From contig CM120641.1 in assembly GCA_051362555.1 (NCBI GenBank), positions 14,632,001 to 14,696,000 of the forward strand: a DNA stretch of 64,000 nt, in the 5' to 3' direction. Numbering within the stretch: the stretch's first letter is position 1; the number at the start of each line of letters is the position of its first letter. The notes below the pieces were generated by a model. The model was not told the DNA's origin. It searched no databases and was given only the letters and a program-made list of their open reading frames with translations. A program made the position numbers and the translations under genes. The DNA comes from Lingula anatina (taxonomy: Eukaryota; Animalia; Brachiopoda). Below are positions 36,901-50,724 of the stretch, one piece after another.

Positions 36901-39900
36901 AAATCAACCAGTGGTGAATTTTGACTATACTTTCTAGTCATTTTATGGGTCTTTTAAATATTGGATCTAGATTGAATAAACATTTATTGTTTAATGTATT
37001 ATCTCGTGTAATATTCATATTCTAATAATTAGTAATTTATATATATGCAGTATTTGAACATTTCCAGAGTAGTTGCATTTCGAAAATCTGAGCAAAAACT
37101 GTAGCAATAAGAGCCAAATAGCCATTTTTCATAAAAATTAAAATTTGCAGTTAAACAGTGCTAACTTTTGAAAACGACATTGATATTTATATTTTTTCCT
37201 TAGTAGAAGAAAATCATCTTAAACATTGCTGTAACTATATGCTTGCATTAACTTACACAACTTGCATTAGCTAGTAATATTATATTTCATTAAATTTTTT
37301 TGCATGTTACACATAATTTAAAATTGACTATTAGGTGTGATCTGCCCAGTGACCCCAGCCTAATGTCCCTTAGGTTAAATTCCTGGCTCTGATCCAAAGT
37401 ACCCTGTTGTTCCTAATGGGCTGGGTACAGCTATTTGAAATTCCATTGACACCAGTGTACAAGTGATCAACAAGCCTTAGAAGAAGAGACTTTACATTAA
37501 AGTAGAAATGGATTTATTGATGGATATATTATACTGTTTTTGGTGGAAAAATGATATTATTTGTATGAGCTTCCTATAATTTTGGATTTTGATGGAACAT
37601 GACACTTTATATTTACATCACGTTTTTGCCAGGAAAAATAACTTTTTAATGGTCAGACTAATATGTTGATAAAATTTGAGCAAGGAGTAGTCCATTTGTA
37701 TCTATACCTTTAAAACCATATAAAAAAATAAAAGGAACTGGTTTGTGAATAACCCTTGAAAAAATTGGGTACCAAACATGGTAACTTTGATGTTAAGAGC
37801 ACATTTTTCACTTGTCACATCTCTGTATTTATCAAGCTTCTGCAGGTGGTGGAATATGGCATGTGGATTTATGTAAAGTGTTCCAAAATTACAGCCATGC
37901 AATGTTACTGCTGTATGCTTTTGCATGTTAAACCTATCATGGCTAATACATTATTGCATTTATATGGCTCATAATGTTAATCATAGCGTCATTAACTGCT
38001 TTAATCTACTGGTATTTATGGTATTTTGGAAAAAGCTTTTCAAAAAATCTATTTATTTGTTTCTTGACTCTTGTTATACAAAGAGCTATATATATAGCTC
38101 ATTGAGTTATATAATCAAATTTCTAGTATCAAGACTTGGCAAGTTGACACCCAAGATTATAATCAAGGCATTTCACTCACTGGTGTTCTTGTGATTGTTA
38201 TCAGTAAGTGATGACAAGAATTTTTCCTAACATTTCTGACATTGGTAGAAAGAAATTTGCATATGCATGGGTATGACACCAGGCTGTGATTCTTATCTGT
38301 CCGACATCTTCCGTTATATCTTATCATTGTTTTATTTACATTTTGTGCCAGCTGCCTCTTGGGGAGGTTTTATAAGAAGCTCCTTTTATTTTCCTTGGAT
38401 ATAGACTGTCCTTAGTCACCTGCGAAGCAGGGCACTTTTGGTGTTCTAGATCTGAAGTCTGTAAAACGGCTGCCTAAAAGTTCATCCCTCTTCTTTAGCT
38501 AGATATCCTCAGGAAACCAACATTGAGAGAGGTGCTAAATTCTTGCTATGGATCTTTGGTAAGATACAGTACACACTGTAGGCATATAACATCTGGCCAC
38601 TGTAGAGGTAAGACATAAAGCTAACCTAGACTACATTTTCACAAAAAGTCCTTTAGTTCTTAATTAATTCATTCAAAGTTTTGGGAAAAAATCAGTTTTG
38701 GAAAATATATATAGGGACAAGAAGAATATGTTCAAGAAGGTGAGAGGGGGAAATAATCGCAAGGGTCAGGTGAGGATGACCTTTGATGGAGGATGTGATA
38801 TATGAAAACATTCAAGGTTTGCTCCTACTGTAAACTAGCTACCACCATCCCATGGGGCTCTTTACACAGGCTTTTATATAAACTGATGAGCAGGCAGCAT
38901 CTTACTCAACAGGGAACCTGTACGTTAATTTAGTAGTTAGTCTGAATGTCTGACAGGACAAGCACCTGGAAAGTTATAGTACAGGAACTCTTATGAGATG
39001 AGATGTAATTTGGTTATCATATGCTACATTAGAGTGAGGTCTTAATGTGCAATACATGGTTGTAGGTACAATATGCTTAGTATGTATGGATGGTGAAAAC
39101 TCATAATTAAAGATGTTTTATTGCTGGTAAGTAGCATTTGCCTACCTATCCACATTTCCGTAACATAATTGAAAAATTAGTATATTGACATTTACATGGA
39201 AAACTTTTTTTTTACCAAATTTTAATTTCAAAATGTAAAAAGTATATTAATTTCATCTTGTTGATTCAACTGCAAAGCTGTAAGAAAGGTGAGAAAAGTT
39301 AAATCTCCCCCCCCCCCCCCCGACGTCATCTGCCACAAAAAGAGAAATAAGTTTGTCTTTTTTGATCTGAATGTGTCTTTCCATTTTAAAATTTTATGTT
39401 ATTTCTATAGGCTGTCACATCACACAACCTTTGACTGTTTGAGACCAGTCAGTTACCCTATCTGGAAGTAAAAGTTTGGCTTGATTTTGAGATTAAGAAA
39501 GTGGACTTAACCTCATGTTATGTCTTTTTTCACTTGCTAATTTGAGGTGCATTCTGGAAATCATGTTGTGTAAGTGGTATCTACAGGTCATAAGAAATAT
39601 TATGAAAGTGTGTATAGATGCCAAGCAGTTCTGTGTGCCATAACTCATTGCCAACATTTTTGTTAGGTGGTTCACATTCGGCAGACTTTAAGCCCCCATG
39701 GGAGATATGAATTCATTGTGATGGCTTTTCAGTAAAGAACTGTCATTTTATATCTAGCACAATAGGACCTCATGAAACTTACCAGTTGCCCATTGTTGCA
39801 AATAGAAGTTGACTTTGTAGGTCTGGAAACATTTTTCAACGGTGAACATAAATCCTATTAAGACAATGTATATATCTCTATTTCTTGCTTCTATTGTGCA

Positions 39901-42645
39901 TGCATCCATCCACACTGAGCCAAATATCAGTTTAAAACTTGCATACAATTTTTCAGTGACTGATATCAGAGAAAAGTGACTCAAGGAAATAAGATCAGTT
40001 TTGCCTAGTAATTGGGGAAAAATCACTGGTGACTTCACACTTTCAAGATTATGATATGTGAGAGCAGGTATGACACTGAGCCCAGATATTGTTCATATAC
40101 CAGTGATATATCCTATAGATTAATTCAAGTACAAGAAGAAAAATGCTTACAGTAGGTAAGAGGCAATACGAATGAACATACGCTACTTGAATCCAACTTT
40201 TTCATTTGTTTTATCCTTGTTGTGTCCTCAACCATTTATATCATCATTTTGCACTATTTACAGATACTAGCAGGAATTTTGTCAGCCAGATGCTCACAAA
40301 CTGTCATAAATGCTATGTAATCAATAGTTTGGCTATAGGCTTATTTAGCACAGTTCCTAGTTCTCTTACAACAGGTACATTGGCCCTGCTTAAGCCTAAT
40401 GTTATTAAGGATGTAGATAACAGGGGTAGCTATCTTCTAAACCGGCCAAGATATACCAACATGTTACATATCAATAGAAAGCTTATTTCAACAGCTCTTC
40501 ATTTCATATCCTTATTTTATTATGTAATCATTACGTAATGAGATATAATGCTTAATAGGTGTGCTCAACATGATCTTTACACCTTAAAAACTAGAAGTCC
40601 ACTACAAATGGACATGTGTAGACAGCTTGACTCGTGAGCCCTCATAGGGATCAACAAGAATGCGCCTCAAATTAGCGATATGTGTTAAATTAGCAGAGAT
40701 ATCAAAATAAACTTGGTTTCCAGTTCAACGAGACCCCCTAGCCTAACTAAAGCATGCCTAAGTTGAAAACGGAGCTGATGTTATGAAATCCCAGACACAT
40801 ACTTTCAGACAAACCTTAGATCTAACGAATGAATACCAGCTTTCATCGGTTGAGAGTTCTAATTAATTTTGACACTGGTCTAAATTGTTCTCTTGAAGCC
40901 ATAAACTGAAGCGGAGAAATCAGCCTTTTAGTGCTCCCCGGAGATTCCAACGTTATATAATCAGTGAGCTGCATTGGCAAGCTGAGAAATTTAGTTATTT
41001 ATACTGGTTCAGCCCTCTACTCACTGCCTATGTAACTGTCACTATGTCTTTCATCCATTTTCAACATTATTATTGAACATTTTCAACCGGAGGCCCCCTC
41101 CATGTATTGACAGCAGCCACCATGTTAGTCGTGACGTCAGCCTTCTTCACCACGTGACACCTAGGGGGAGTGCCTTTGCCCATATATGTCTCATCTATAT
41201 GTCTGCTTTTTAAAGCTTTAATAGATCGTCAGAATTAAGTTCACTGATAAATTCAAAATGAAAAGTATTGTTTGGCAAGTGAAAGCGCGACGTTACTCAC
41301 AGAATGTGAAAGGCTTAGCAGCAATCTAGTACGGGAAATATACAGCTGCACAGTGGAGCTGCCAATCAAACACATATATGGACAAGTGTGACCTACTTTA
41401 AAACTCAGACACGCTACCACAGGGGTAAATCAGCAATTAGGCTAAAATTACGGGTTTATTTGTAAACTTCCATTATTTTAAGATAGGCTGATATGTAGTT
41501 GATATTTCATCTATCTAATACTGACAAATTCAGAAAAACACCCAAATTTTGACAATTTACTGTTATCTACATCCATTTTTGAACATCAATGTGACAGAAA
41601 TTAGGGACATTCCTAACACCCAAAAGACTATCCTAATTTTTAACTGTTATTATCTCACATTCATTGTCATGATAGTGATTGAAATAGATACTACAGTGTT
41701 TCTAATTTGGGACTGTGACTGAAATAGATGGTATGTAGGATTCATTTGGGATATGGCAGCTAGTGCAGTTGAATCCAGTATCAGATTCACGCATTATCAG
41801 ATACAGAGTTCCTAGTGTCTGTTTGCCCATGTGACTATAACTGGAATGCAGAGTTTAAAATGTTGAATATTCCAACGGTTAGGTCTGCAGAGTCTGACAG
41901 CAGGATGGATGGAATGGAGATTATAAGGTCAGTTGATGTCTGCATGAGGTCGTTTATCTGCTGATTCATATTCTATTTACTGTCCTGGCACCCTTCCATC
42001 ATTTGATGATGATAGTGATGTATTGCTCAGGAATTGCAGACAATTTACTAGTACTATATGAAATATATACCTCACATGGGATATCAGCTTGCTGAAATTA
42101 GTCAGAATGAAAAGAATAAGTTTTGCCCTCTTTGGTGGTGATGAGTAAAGTGCCACATTTGCTTTATATAAGAAGAAAGCATTTCTATATAGTATGCAAT
42201 AAACATAAGCAGTACATTACTTAGAAAGCTTGTGAAACCCATCAATATTGTGACCATTGTGGTGTCTATACTTGAATTGGTTTGCACTCTTATTATGCTT
42301 CTCTGCCAGTACAGCAGAATCTTTTACTGTTCTATCCTTGATATGGCAACAGTCACTTCTTGAGTCTAATATTTTGCAGATTGAAAAAATATATTACCCA
42401 ATTGGAATGAAGCTGAAAATATTTCGAAATGTTTTCCTTTTTTGATTGATATTGCTATGTCCATTGTGTTTTGGTTATTTATACAGTTCCCAGACAGTTT
42501 AGATTTAAATTAATTTTACACCTCTTTTCCCCCAAAATTGATACACAATCACTAAAAGTTTGCATAAAGGTGATAATCAGATATAAAACATTATCATGAG
42601 CAAGCATATCAAGCACATGCTCCACATTTTCAATTTAAATAACCT

Positions 42646-42845
42646 TGTCCATGTCACAGCATTTTTTAAAACAAAATTGAAAAAGAGTGACGGACTTGGA
42701 AAAAAAGCTTGCCAGTGGTATACGGTAATATGCTTTAATGAAAAGAAACATGTCCATGTCACTGCATTTTTTAGACAAAATTTAAAATGAGTGACACAGA
42801 ATTAGAAAAAGAGCTTTCCAGAGGTATATATGCTTTAATGAAAAT
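42646..42845 (+). repeat. Two-copy ~105-bp tandem duplication
   Basis: TGTCCATGTCAC...ATATGCTTTAATGAAAA occurs twice. Confidence 0.85.
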
Positions 42846-44172
42846 GTTTGTTATAATTTGTCTTGAATATTGCTGACATTGTATATCTTGTGGAAACTGA
42901 GAGTTTAGTTTGCAATATTTCATCATCTACTTCTATAAACATTTATGTTAATCAAGATGTTACATGTAAATGCCTGTTTAATCGCTACTGCTGTAGATAA
43001 ATGTAGTTCTCATGCAAGGGTGAAACATTGCTGTGTTTGATGTGAAATAGACAGTGGAATGTCTCTTAGGATATTCCAGAAATATGCATAGCTATTAGGT
43101 ACATGGAATACTTAACAGCTGCATACAGTATTTTGGATGGGTATTTTTACTGGTATTTTTTAAGACTGAATATAGTAAGTTGAACTTGGGGGCATGCTTT
43201 CCACCTGCACTAAGGTAAACACTCTATGAAAACAGGTTAAAAAAAATTAAATGATATTAGGAAGTGAAAGAGGAAGCTATGAGAGAATGAAAGAGGAATG
43301 CATGATGCTTAATATTTGTTTTGGTACGATTATTTTTTCTTTATTCTAAAAGCCTTTCAGACATTTTTAAGTGAGTAATTTGTTGGGTATTTCAATAGAG
43401 TAAAAAAAATGTGACGCAACATTAAGGGGGAAGGAACTGGGGCTGTGGAAGCTTATAACTAATTCTAAGGGGTACATTATCCTGTCTTAAGTTTTCTTTT
43501 TATGGTATATTAGCTACTCCTTATACAAACTATTAGTAACAAATATACCTCATCCTAGTTGCAGTGGAAGTTTTCCAGGCTGCCAATCCAATTACCAAGT
43601 TGTATACTTACCTCTTTGAGCAGACACAAAATTATCGATATTTATTCTCTTTTGATCTCCCAATTTCCATTGAAATAGAAGATTAATAATTTAGACTAAC
43701 AATTGAATTGTCTCTTGTGAGGTTTGTCGCATCAGAAATGCTGCTTTGTCTTGTGCTAGTGTATATTATTCAGTTTGTCAAATGTTTGTGGTGATTTATA
43801 TGTAGCTTATTATTTGAAGATGTCTTTTTTTTACTGGGGTCAAAATTCATTTGACCCACTCTGCATCGTAACTTGTTTATTTTGAGAAGAGTAAACAGTT
43901 CAGTAATTTCTAATGTTGTTAGTTGGTGCAAGGAAAATAAAAGTACTGTTTAGTAAGGAGAGAGACTTGTTGCTTTTAAGGTACAACTGAATTTTGTTAA
44001 AAAGCAGGGATTTCCTTCACTGTTTGACTTACAAGAAAAATGTTTTTTGTTTTTTGACCAGGTTCAATTGCTTGTAGTCAAATCATGCTTTTCATGCTGT
44101 ATGCACATAGTTTAAGTTTATTTCAGGTATATAATGACATTGCCCTGATAGTGAATATTGTTTTCATTTCAG

Positions 44173-45585
44173 AAACTACGTCGCCAAGTGCGCTTAGAAG
44201 GTCAGCATGTGCTTGCTGTTCTAAGGCTAGGACATAGCCATCTCCATGACAACTGGAGCTTCACACTTGATGTCAATCTTGCAGAACTCGAATTCCACTA
44301 TCGAGTTTTAAAGCACAAGCTTAGTGCCTTGTTGAAACATCGTAGGCATTTTACAACCACCACTGATTTAAGTGTGTATCTCTTAAACAGTGGCACTAGG
44401 ACAAGTCCCTTGTATGAAAAATTACCCAACCCTAGAGAGAAGCGCATCGCCTTGGATTTGAGTGGCAGCCATTCTTCCCTAGCATTGAAAGGTAGAAGGT
44501 TTGTTACAAGACTTTCTGGATCATACAGAGCTGTAATTAAAAGCAGTGTTCAGAGGAGAACACGGTCTGCATCACCAAAATACAGCCATGATACAGAAAG
44601 GGAAAGAAGCCCTGGCAGTGATTTCTTGTTCACGCCAAGAAAACTAAAAACTAGGAAAAAGATTGATATCTCTGACATTTGTTCTGAGATATCTTACACA
44701 ACAGCAGAGAGCTCTTTTGATAATTGGAGTACAGTGTCAGGATATCAGAGTCAGGCAGGACTGTCAGATTCAGAGTGTGGTTTCTCTCAGGATTTTACTC
44801 ATAAGAAAAAATATGGAAACCTTGTGTCTAGTGGCATAGCTGAACCACCAAGAAGCTGCAAAATGGAAGCCACTGCAGGTGTGATCCATTCTGGACCCAG
44901 TTTGCCTGACAACCCTAATTCTTGCCAACCATTTTATCCAACAGGTGTGTCCACACCAAGCAGAAGTGGAAGGCGATCACCAAAATACAAAGAAGGTAGG
45001 GTGTCCCCCATTGCTAATGGGAGGAGGAGCCCTAAAGGGGGTGGACGTAGGCCACAGAAGCTGATTGGAAGGTTTTCTCCTATGAGACAAGATGGGTGCA
45101 TGTCACCAGCAAGTACCACAGATGGCAGGTCATCGCCTCCCATGATCCTTGATGTCGGCATGTCACCTAGTCTGAATAAAACAGCCTCTGTACAAGAAGG
45201 CAGAATGTCTCCAACTCAGAGTGGACGTCTGTCTCCTAGCAGTGGGCGTAAATCCCCCAGGGCAGCCAGTCTTGGGCCTGAAGAGTCACCAATAGTCACG
45301 AAGAGAAGAAAAATTGTCCTGGACCCTCTACTGGATAGCCCCCTGTCTTCAGCCAGCACTGACACCCTTCATCAAAGTTTTCGCGACTCTCCTGAGAGAT
45401 CTTTCGTTAGCAGCCATGATGAATGGAGTGACAGCTGCCTGAGCAGTCCCCAAGCTTCGCCCCTGGGGCTGAAGGCACGGAAAGCAGTGAAGGGGAATTA
45501 TAAGAAAGCCAAGGAAGATTTGTGGGCAGCCATCCAGTCTGACTACCAGTATCTTATGGATGATGAGATCATAGAGACTTGTAAG
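44173..45585 (+). CDS. Klarsicht/AKAP6-like protein, large exon (helical start, SP-rich region)
   Basis: 1413 nt open frame between tttcag and AAG|GTGGGT; ends LWAAIQSDYQYLMDDEIIETCK. Confidence 0.85.
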
Positions 45586-47879
45586 GTGGGTATAATTGGA
45601 AGAATTTTCAATTATTTTTGTATCTATTTGTATTTTTTCAAAGTTTTTCACTTAATCAGTTTTTATTCTTTGTAATTAAATATTCATACCTCCACATATT
45701 AAATGCCCAACCTTGCAGTAATGTGTAACATGTGCTGAAAGATTGATATATTTCATTTCTCACGGTTCCTTTTTAGTGTTGAACTCTGTATTGTTGTCTG
45801 AAATGTGATATCTGTAAATTTTTATTGAAACAGGTTTTGAGGTGAGTCAGGGTTTTTTCACTGACACATCACAAATTTGGGAAGCCATCCAGATCAGTAC
45901 TTGTGCCTTTGTAAAAGCTTTACAGTTCAAAACAAGTTCAGATACAATTGGATAAAAATAATTTGTATTGAATGAAATTCAAGACTGAAAATGATGATTT
46001 ACTGGTATAGCTGTGAGCTTAAAATAACTTCTGCACCAGTGATAAAATTGGGTCTAAAACTAAAAGATGAAAGAAATGTTATGAAGAAACTACTTGAATG
46101 AGGGTGACTAGGTGATAAGTTTATGAGGTGAATGGCATTTGAAACATTTTAAAATGTGAGAAGTGCACTTGTTGGCACTTGTGTTAAAACACACTCTGTT
46201 TAGCACAATTAGGAAGCTCTTGCCAGCCTTTTAGAATATAATATCTTATTATTACATGGATAGAAAATTGTGAATTGAATGGGAGAGATTTTAGGATTAG
46301 GCCCAATTTCAGGATTTTCAGTCTTCCTTTTGATCATATTTTCACATGGTCTTTAATGCAGTAAAAATTGCAAGCTATGCTCTCAGAAATTATTGTTTTT
46401 ATAATTTTCACCCATTGGAATGTCATATGTTAACATTTTATGGTTGTTTGTGTATATTTAGTGGAGCAAAATGAACTTGAATGTGAGATTTAAATGAAAA
46501 TTTCCCTGAAATCAGGCTGTCAGTTTTTTTTAATGCATTTATAGTTTTATTTAGTACAGATCCTTAAAAGTCAACTTGTTTTAAGGAGATGTCTAATAGT
46601 TGGCACAACCTTTCTTTATAACATTACCCAATAATAATTAACATTTGCCATATTTTGATAATAGGCACCAATTATTTGACATTCACATGGGAATATCTCT
46701 CATATTGAAGTCAATTATAGTTTAACTGGAAGCCTTTACCCTCTTTTTGTTGAAATTCTCTCACGTAGAGCATTCCATGATTATTTTATGAATAAGAGGT
46801 CCCCTCATGTCATAAGACAACTGGTATAGATTTTTGAACTGATCAATTTATACATATATTCACAAACCAAAGCTTAACCATATTGGTTTTATAGAGCATT
46901 TCTTATACTGCTGGGCTTGAGTTAGCCAGATTGCCTTTCTGTATCTATAGGTAAGGCATGTGTTGTCATGGAAACTCTTTAGCTTGGGCAGCTGCATCTA
47001 GGATCTGTTGGATGCACAGATAAACAAGATAAAAGTCTGGAGAAGAGAGGCATAGGAAACTGTTTATCAGGATGTCTTTTTAATAAGGGAAATGAAAACT
47101 GTATTTAAAAAAAGTTTAACAAAAGATGAAATATCAAGGCAACTTGCTGCAGTAAACTAGCTAGGAGTGAATACCCATTGATATGGCTCAAAGAAAATAA
47201 ACTGTAAATATTAATAAAATAGGAGTTATATTATGGATGTCATTTAATATCATGATTTAAACATTTTAATATGGTACAAAAACTTTTTCTCCGTGTGAAA
47301 GATGGGAACTTCATTCATATAGATGGATATGTTGATTTAAGATATGGGGTTTGGAGATTGCACTGTATCATTTTTAGCCATTTTTTTAATCCTCACAAGT
47401 GGTATTGAAATTTGAAAATTTAATACTTTGTCTTGAAAAATGATGTCTATTAGAAAGAGATTACTTCTTTCATTACGTGCAGTTTATGCACATTAAAGTT
47501 CTGTTATTATTTTGTTAAAGATGAAACTTTTTAAAAGGTTTTAGTGGAGGAGGGAGAATGCACAATGGGCTCATTCATGTGCAGGTGTTTGAAGCCTGTA
47601 TTTCAGCTAACTATAAGTCACCCTGCTGAGTAGACCTCAACATCTAGACCTTATACCCCATATGGAGCATAACTTCATGTCTTAAAACTGGCTGCTACAG
47701 TGCATTAAAACATGTATAAAATTAGTACTTGTAAAGGAAAATTATTGTGGTGGAGCAAAGCTTTACCTGTTATATAATTTGTTTCCATCCACTTGTAATT
47801 TTCTAAAAACTATCTGTAATTGTTAATGTACCAATGCAAAGATTGTACAAAAATATATATTTCTGTCTTATTCTTTCAG

Positions 47880-48047
47880 TCCACTGAGAGTGACCTGTCT
47901 TGGGATGATGATGATTCTACCACCTTTCCCAATGTGTCCTTCACTGAATTCATACAGCAATATAAAGAGCTCACAGATTGGTTAAATCAAATCAAACTTG
48001 TCACCCAGCGGCAGAGCATGAGTCTGTCAGAGAAGTACCTTAATCAG
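47880..48047 (+). CDS. Klarsicht/AKAP6-like exon (spectrin-like repeat start)
   Basis: STESDLSWD...FTEFIQQYKELTDWLNQIK...LSEKYLNQ; phase 0-0. Confidence 0.88.
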
Positions 48048-48363
48048 GTGAACTGAATTGCACAATTTGGAGAAGTATTTTGATAAAAGAAATTTGATTT
48101 AGACATTAGCCCTTTTTGTGTTTCACCATGACATTACGATGATTTATTTAAAAGAATAAATGAGGTTGGTATATATTATTATCATGACGTAGATGAACAT
48201 TCTGAAGTTGCAGTGGTGTGATTGTGTAACCTGTTTATTTAGTTACCTGCCTTGATAAGCAATCTAAAAAATGAGGTTAGGATAACAAGAAATTATCATT
48301 TAGAATTCTTCCAAAACTCTTATCATGTTCTGATTTCTAAGTATGCCTGTTTTTAATATTCAG

Positions 48364-48562
48364 TCTTATCATGAAGAGATGCTGCAACGATCACCAAGAC
48401 GCAAACTCTTCAATGACTATGCCAAACAGCTGGCCAAGAGGTACCCCAACATGAAGGAAGAGATCAATGCTAGGCTTCAGTTCGTCAACTCTCAGTGGGG
48501 TCATATTCAGGAAGCCATTTCCCCTAAACATGGACATCAAAATGAAGAGCAAATGCTTCGAG
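48364..48562 (+). CDS. Klarsicht/AKAP6-like exon (spectrin-like repeat)
   Basis: SYHEEMLQRSPRRKLFNDYAKQLAKRYP...INARLQFVNSQW; phase 0-1. Confidence 0.88.
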
Positions 48563-48786
48563 GTATTTATTATGAAAATCTTTATTCTGTTGATGAGTCA
48601 TATTATAAAATACTTTTTTAAATCTGAGAAAAAATTCAGAAAAACAGATTTTTGAATGACTTAAATAAGTGTCTCCAAACTTTTAGATTAGATATCTAAA
48701 TTTGACAATGTGTTTATTATCAAATTAAAAAAAAATTGCAAATAACTTTGAAAGATGGATTAGAAATTTTGATGAATATATTATAG

Positions 48787-48911
48787 ATTTAGAGCAAGAC
48801 CTGAATGGTTTGAGACGTTGGCTTCATGAGGTGGAAGTGAAACTTCTTCCACTGTGTCTGCGTGCCACTTGGAGCCAAGAGGAGCTAGAGGCCAAGCTGA
48901 AGGACCATCAG
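48787..48911 (+). CDS. Klarsicht/AKAP6-like exon (spectrin-like repeat)
   Basis: DLEQDLNGLRRWLHEVEVKL...LEAKLKDHQ; phase 1-0. Confidence 0.88.
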
Positions 48912-50394
48912 GTTAGTGGGTCATTTTTGATTTCTACATTTGGTGTTTTCGGCAATTTGGGCTGTTGTTTAGTACTGTGTCTGACTAAAATTAAATTTAA
49001 AATATAGCAAAAAGAATGAGTGAAATATTGCAACCAGAAAGAAAGAAAAGTTCATTTTATATTTAGTCCATGCTTAAGTAAAAGAATATTACATTTTGTT
49101 CATTCATTCATTTTTATAATCAAGTATAAAACATTTATCATTCATATCTGTGTCATGTATCTCTGTGGTATTCTGAGATATTAGACAATGGAATATGAGA
49201 AAAAGAAAGCACCAGTTGTGCTAGAGAAGAGACTTCACAGTGTCACCTCTATAGCATTATTTGTGCAGTAAAGCCATTTCCCTGCATCTGAAATCCACAT
49301 GTAGTTGGATAACATCAAAGGAACATTTCATTTTATAACCCCTATTTATAAAGCTAACCAACCTTTAAGAATTCTTTTAGTTTGATATGTTAATAGAGCT
49401 GTGGTATCTTTTAAAAATTAAACTGAATGAGGAATAGTGTGCTTCTAAAATGGTGTTGAAAAAGGGAAATGACTTTATGAATATAAAATAACAAGGATAA
49501 TGTGTTAATATATATAAATATATTTAAAGATACATTCTTGTAAAAACTATTAAATCCTATATGTAAAATGAAATGATGCAGTAATGAAATAAAGTAGGAA
49601 GGGCTGCATGTTTTCCAGTGCTACTGGTATTTATTTTAAACAGAAGTGTGATATCCAGATTAGTATAGACTATCTTTGTATATTCCATGACTTCAGTCAT
49701 GTAGGCAGAGATATAGATAATACTGAAGTCCGGATTGCTTGATCACCAGGAAAACCAGTTCCATATCCTATGAATTTATGGAAGTCAATTTCCTCTGTCA
49801 TACAAGAACACCAAATTTACATAAGAACTCATTGAGTTTGTTGATGTTCAGAAATCAAGAGTCTTGATTTGTGAAGAGAGAGAGAGCAAACTAATAACTG
49901 GACTTTTTTCACTGGAGTTCTGTTTCTTGTGACACCAGTCAAATGGAAAGGCTACTTTTGCTAGCATATTATAAAGCTTCTAGCTGGTTCAGTATCTTTA
50001 ATGACTTGATAACAGAGCCAACATCATTATGTGATGTTGTAATGGGTTTCTACAGTCTTCCAATTTCATAGTTAATGGCTAATAGTATTATCCTGATTTT
50101 GTTACTGGATACAGTAAGGCTTGTATAACAGGATTTAAGGGTAAGAGAATTCAACTAACAATTTTTTGTTGTATCTTTAGACGTTTCTGTTGCTTTTGAC
50201 TGACTTTGAATTCAAACTTAAAAATTACTTTTGCCTCTGGATTTTAGGGCATATTTTTTCTGTTTGCTTTAGCCAAATTGACAATTATATATTTATTATA
50301 TTCTGTGTACTTTAACTTAAGAAAAATTCAATCTAAGAGCAGGGACATTAATTTGAGAAATAAGCACATATTTTGAAAATAAAAATTGGAATGC

Positions 50395-50724
50395 TTAAAG
50401 AGATAACAACTCTTCGTATGAGATTCATATTTCAGGATAGATACAGTGTAAACAACTCAAACAAATTTAATAAATTCTATTTTAGCACTACAAGTTATTG
50501 TAATTATTCTGGAATCTGTGCTTGCCATAGGACCATGTGACCTCCATAGATGGCTACCCTCTGTAATAATCTCTTGAGAGATTATTGCAAAAATCACAAA
50601 AAAGTACATGGATTAACTTTGAATGTTGGAATGGATTCATTAACCTTTGGATAGTATAGGAAACTTCTTGTTTACCCCAGGAAAATCCATTTTTAGCCAA
50701 AATGAATAATTGTTATCCCTTTAA
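50395..50724. mobile_element. TTAA-flanked Kolobok-like MITE, copy 3
   Basis: TTAA-AGAGATAACAACT ... TTGTTATCCCT-TTAA; internal GGACCATGTGACCTCCATAGATGGCTACCCT matches copy 1 in reverse. Confidence 0.8.

Noticed and set aside
37335-37435. tRNA/SINE-like B-box GGTTAAATTCC
   Set aside because: No A box or cloverleaf; at most a decayed SINE
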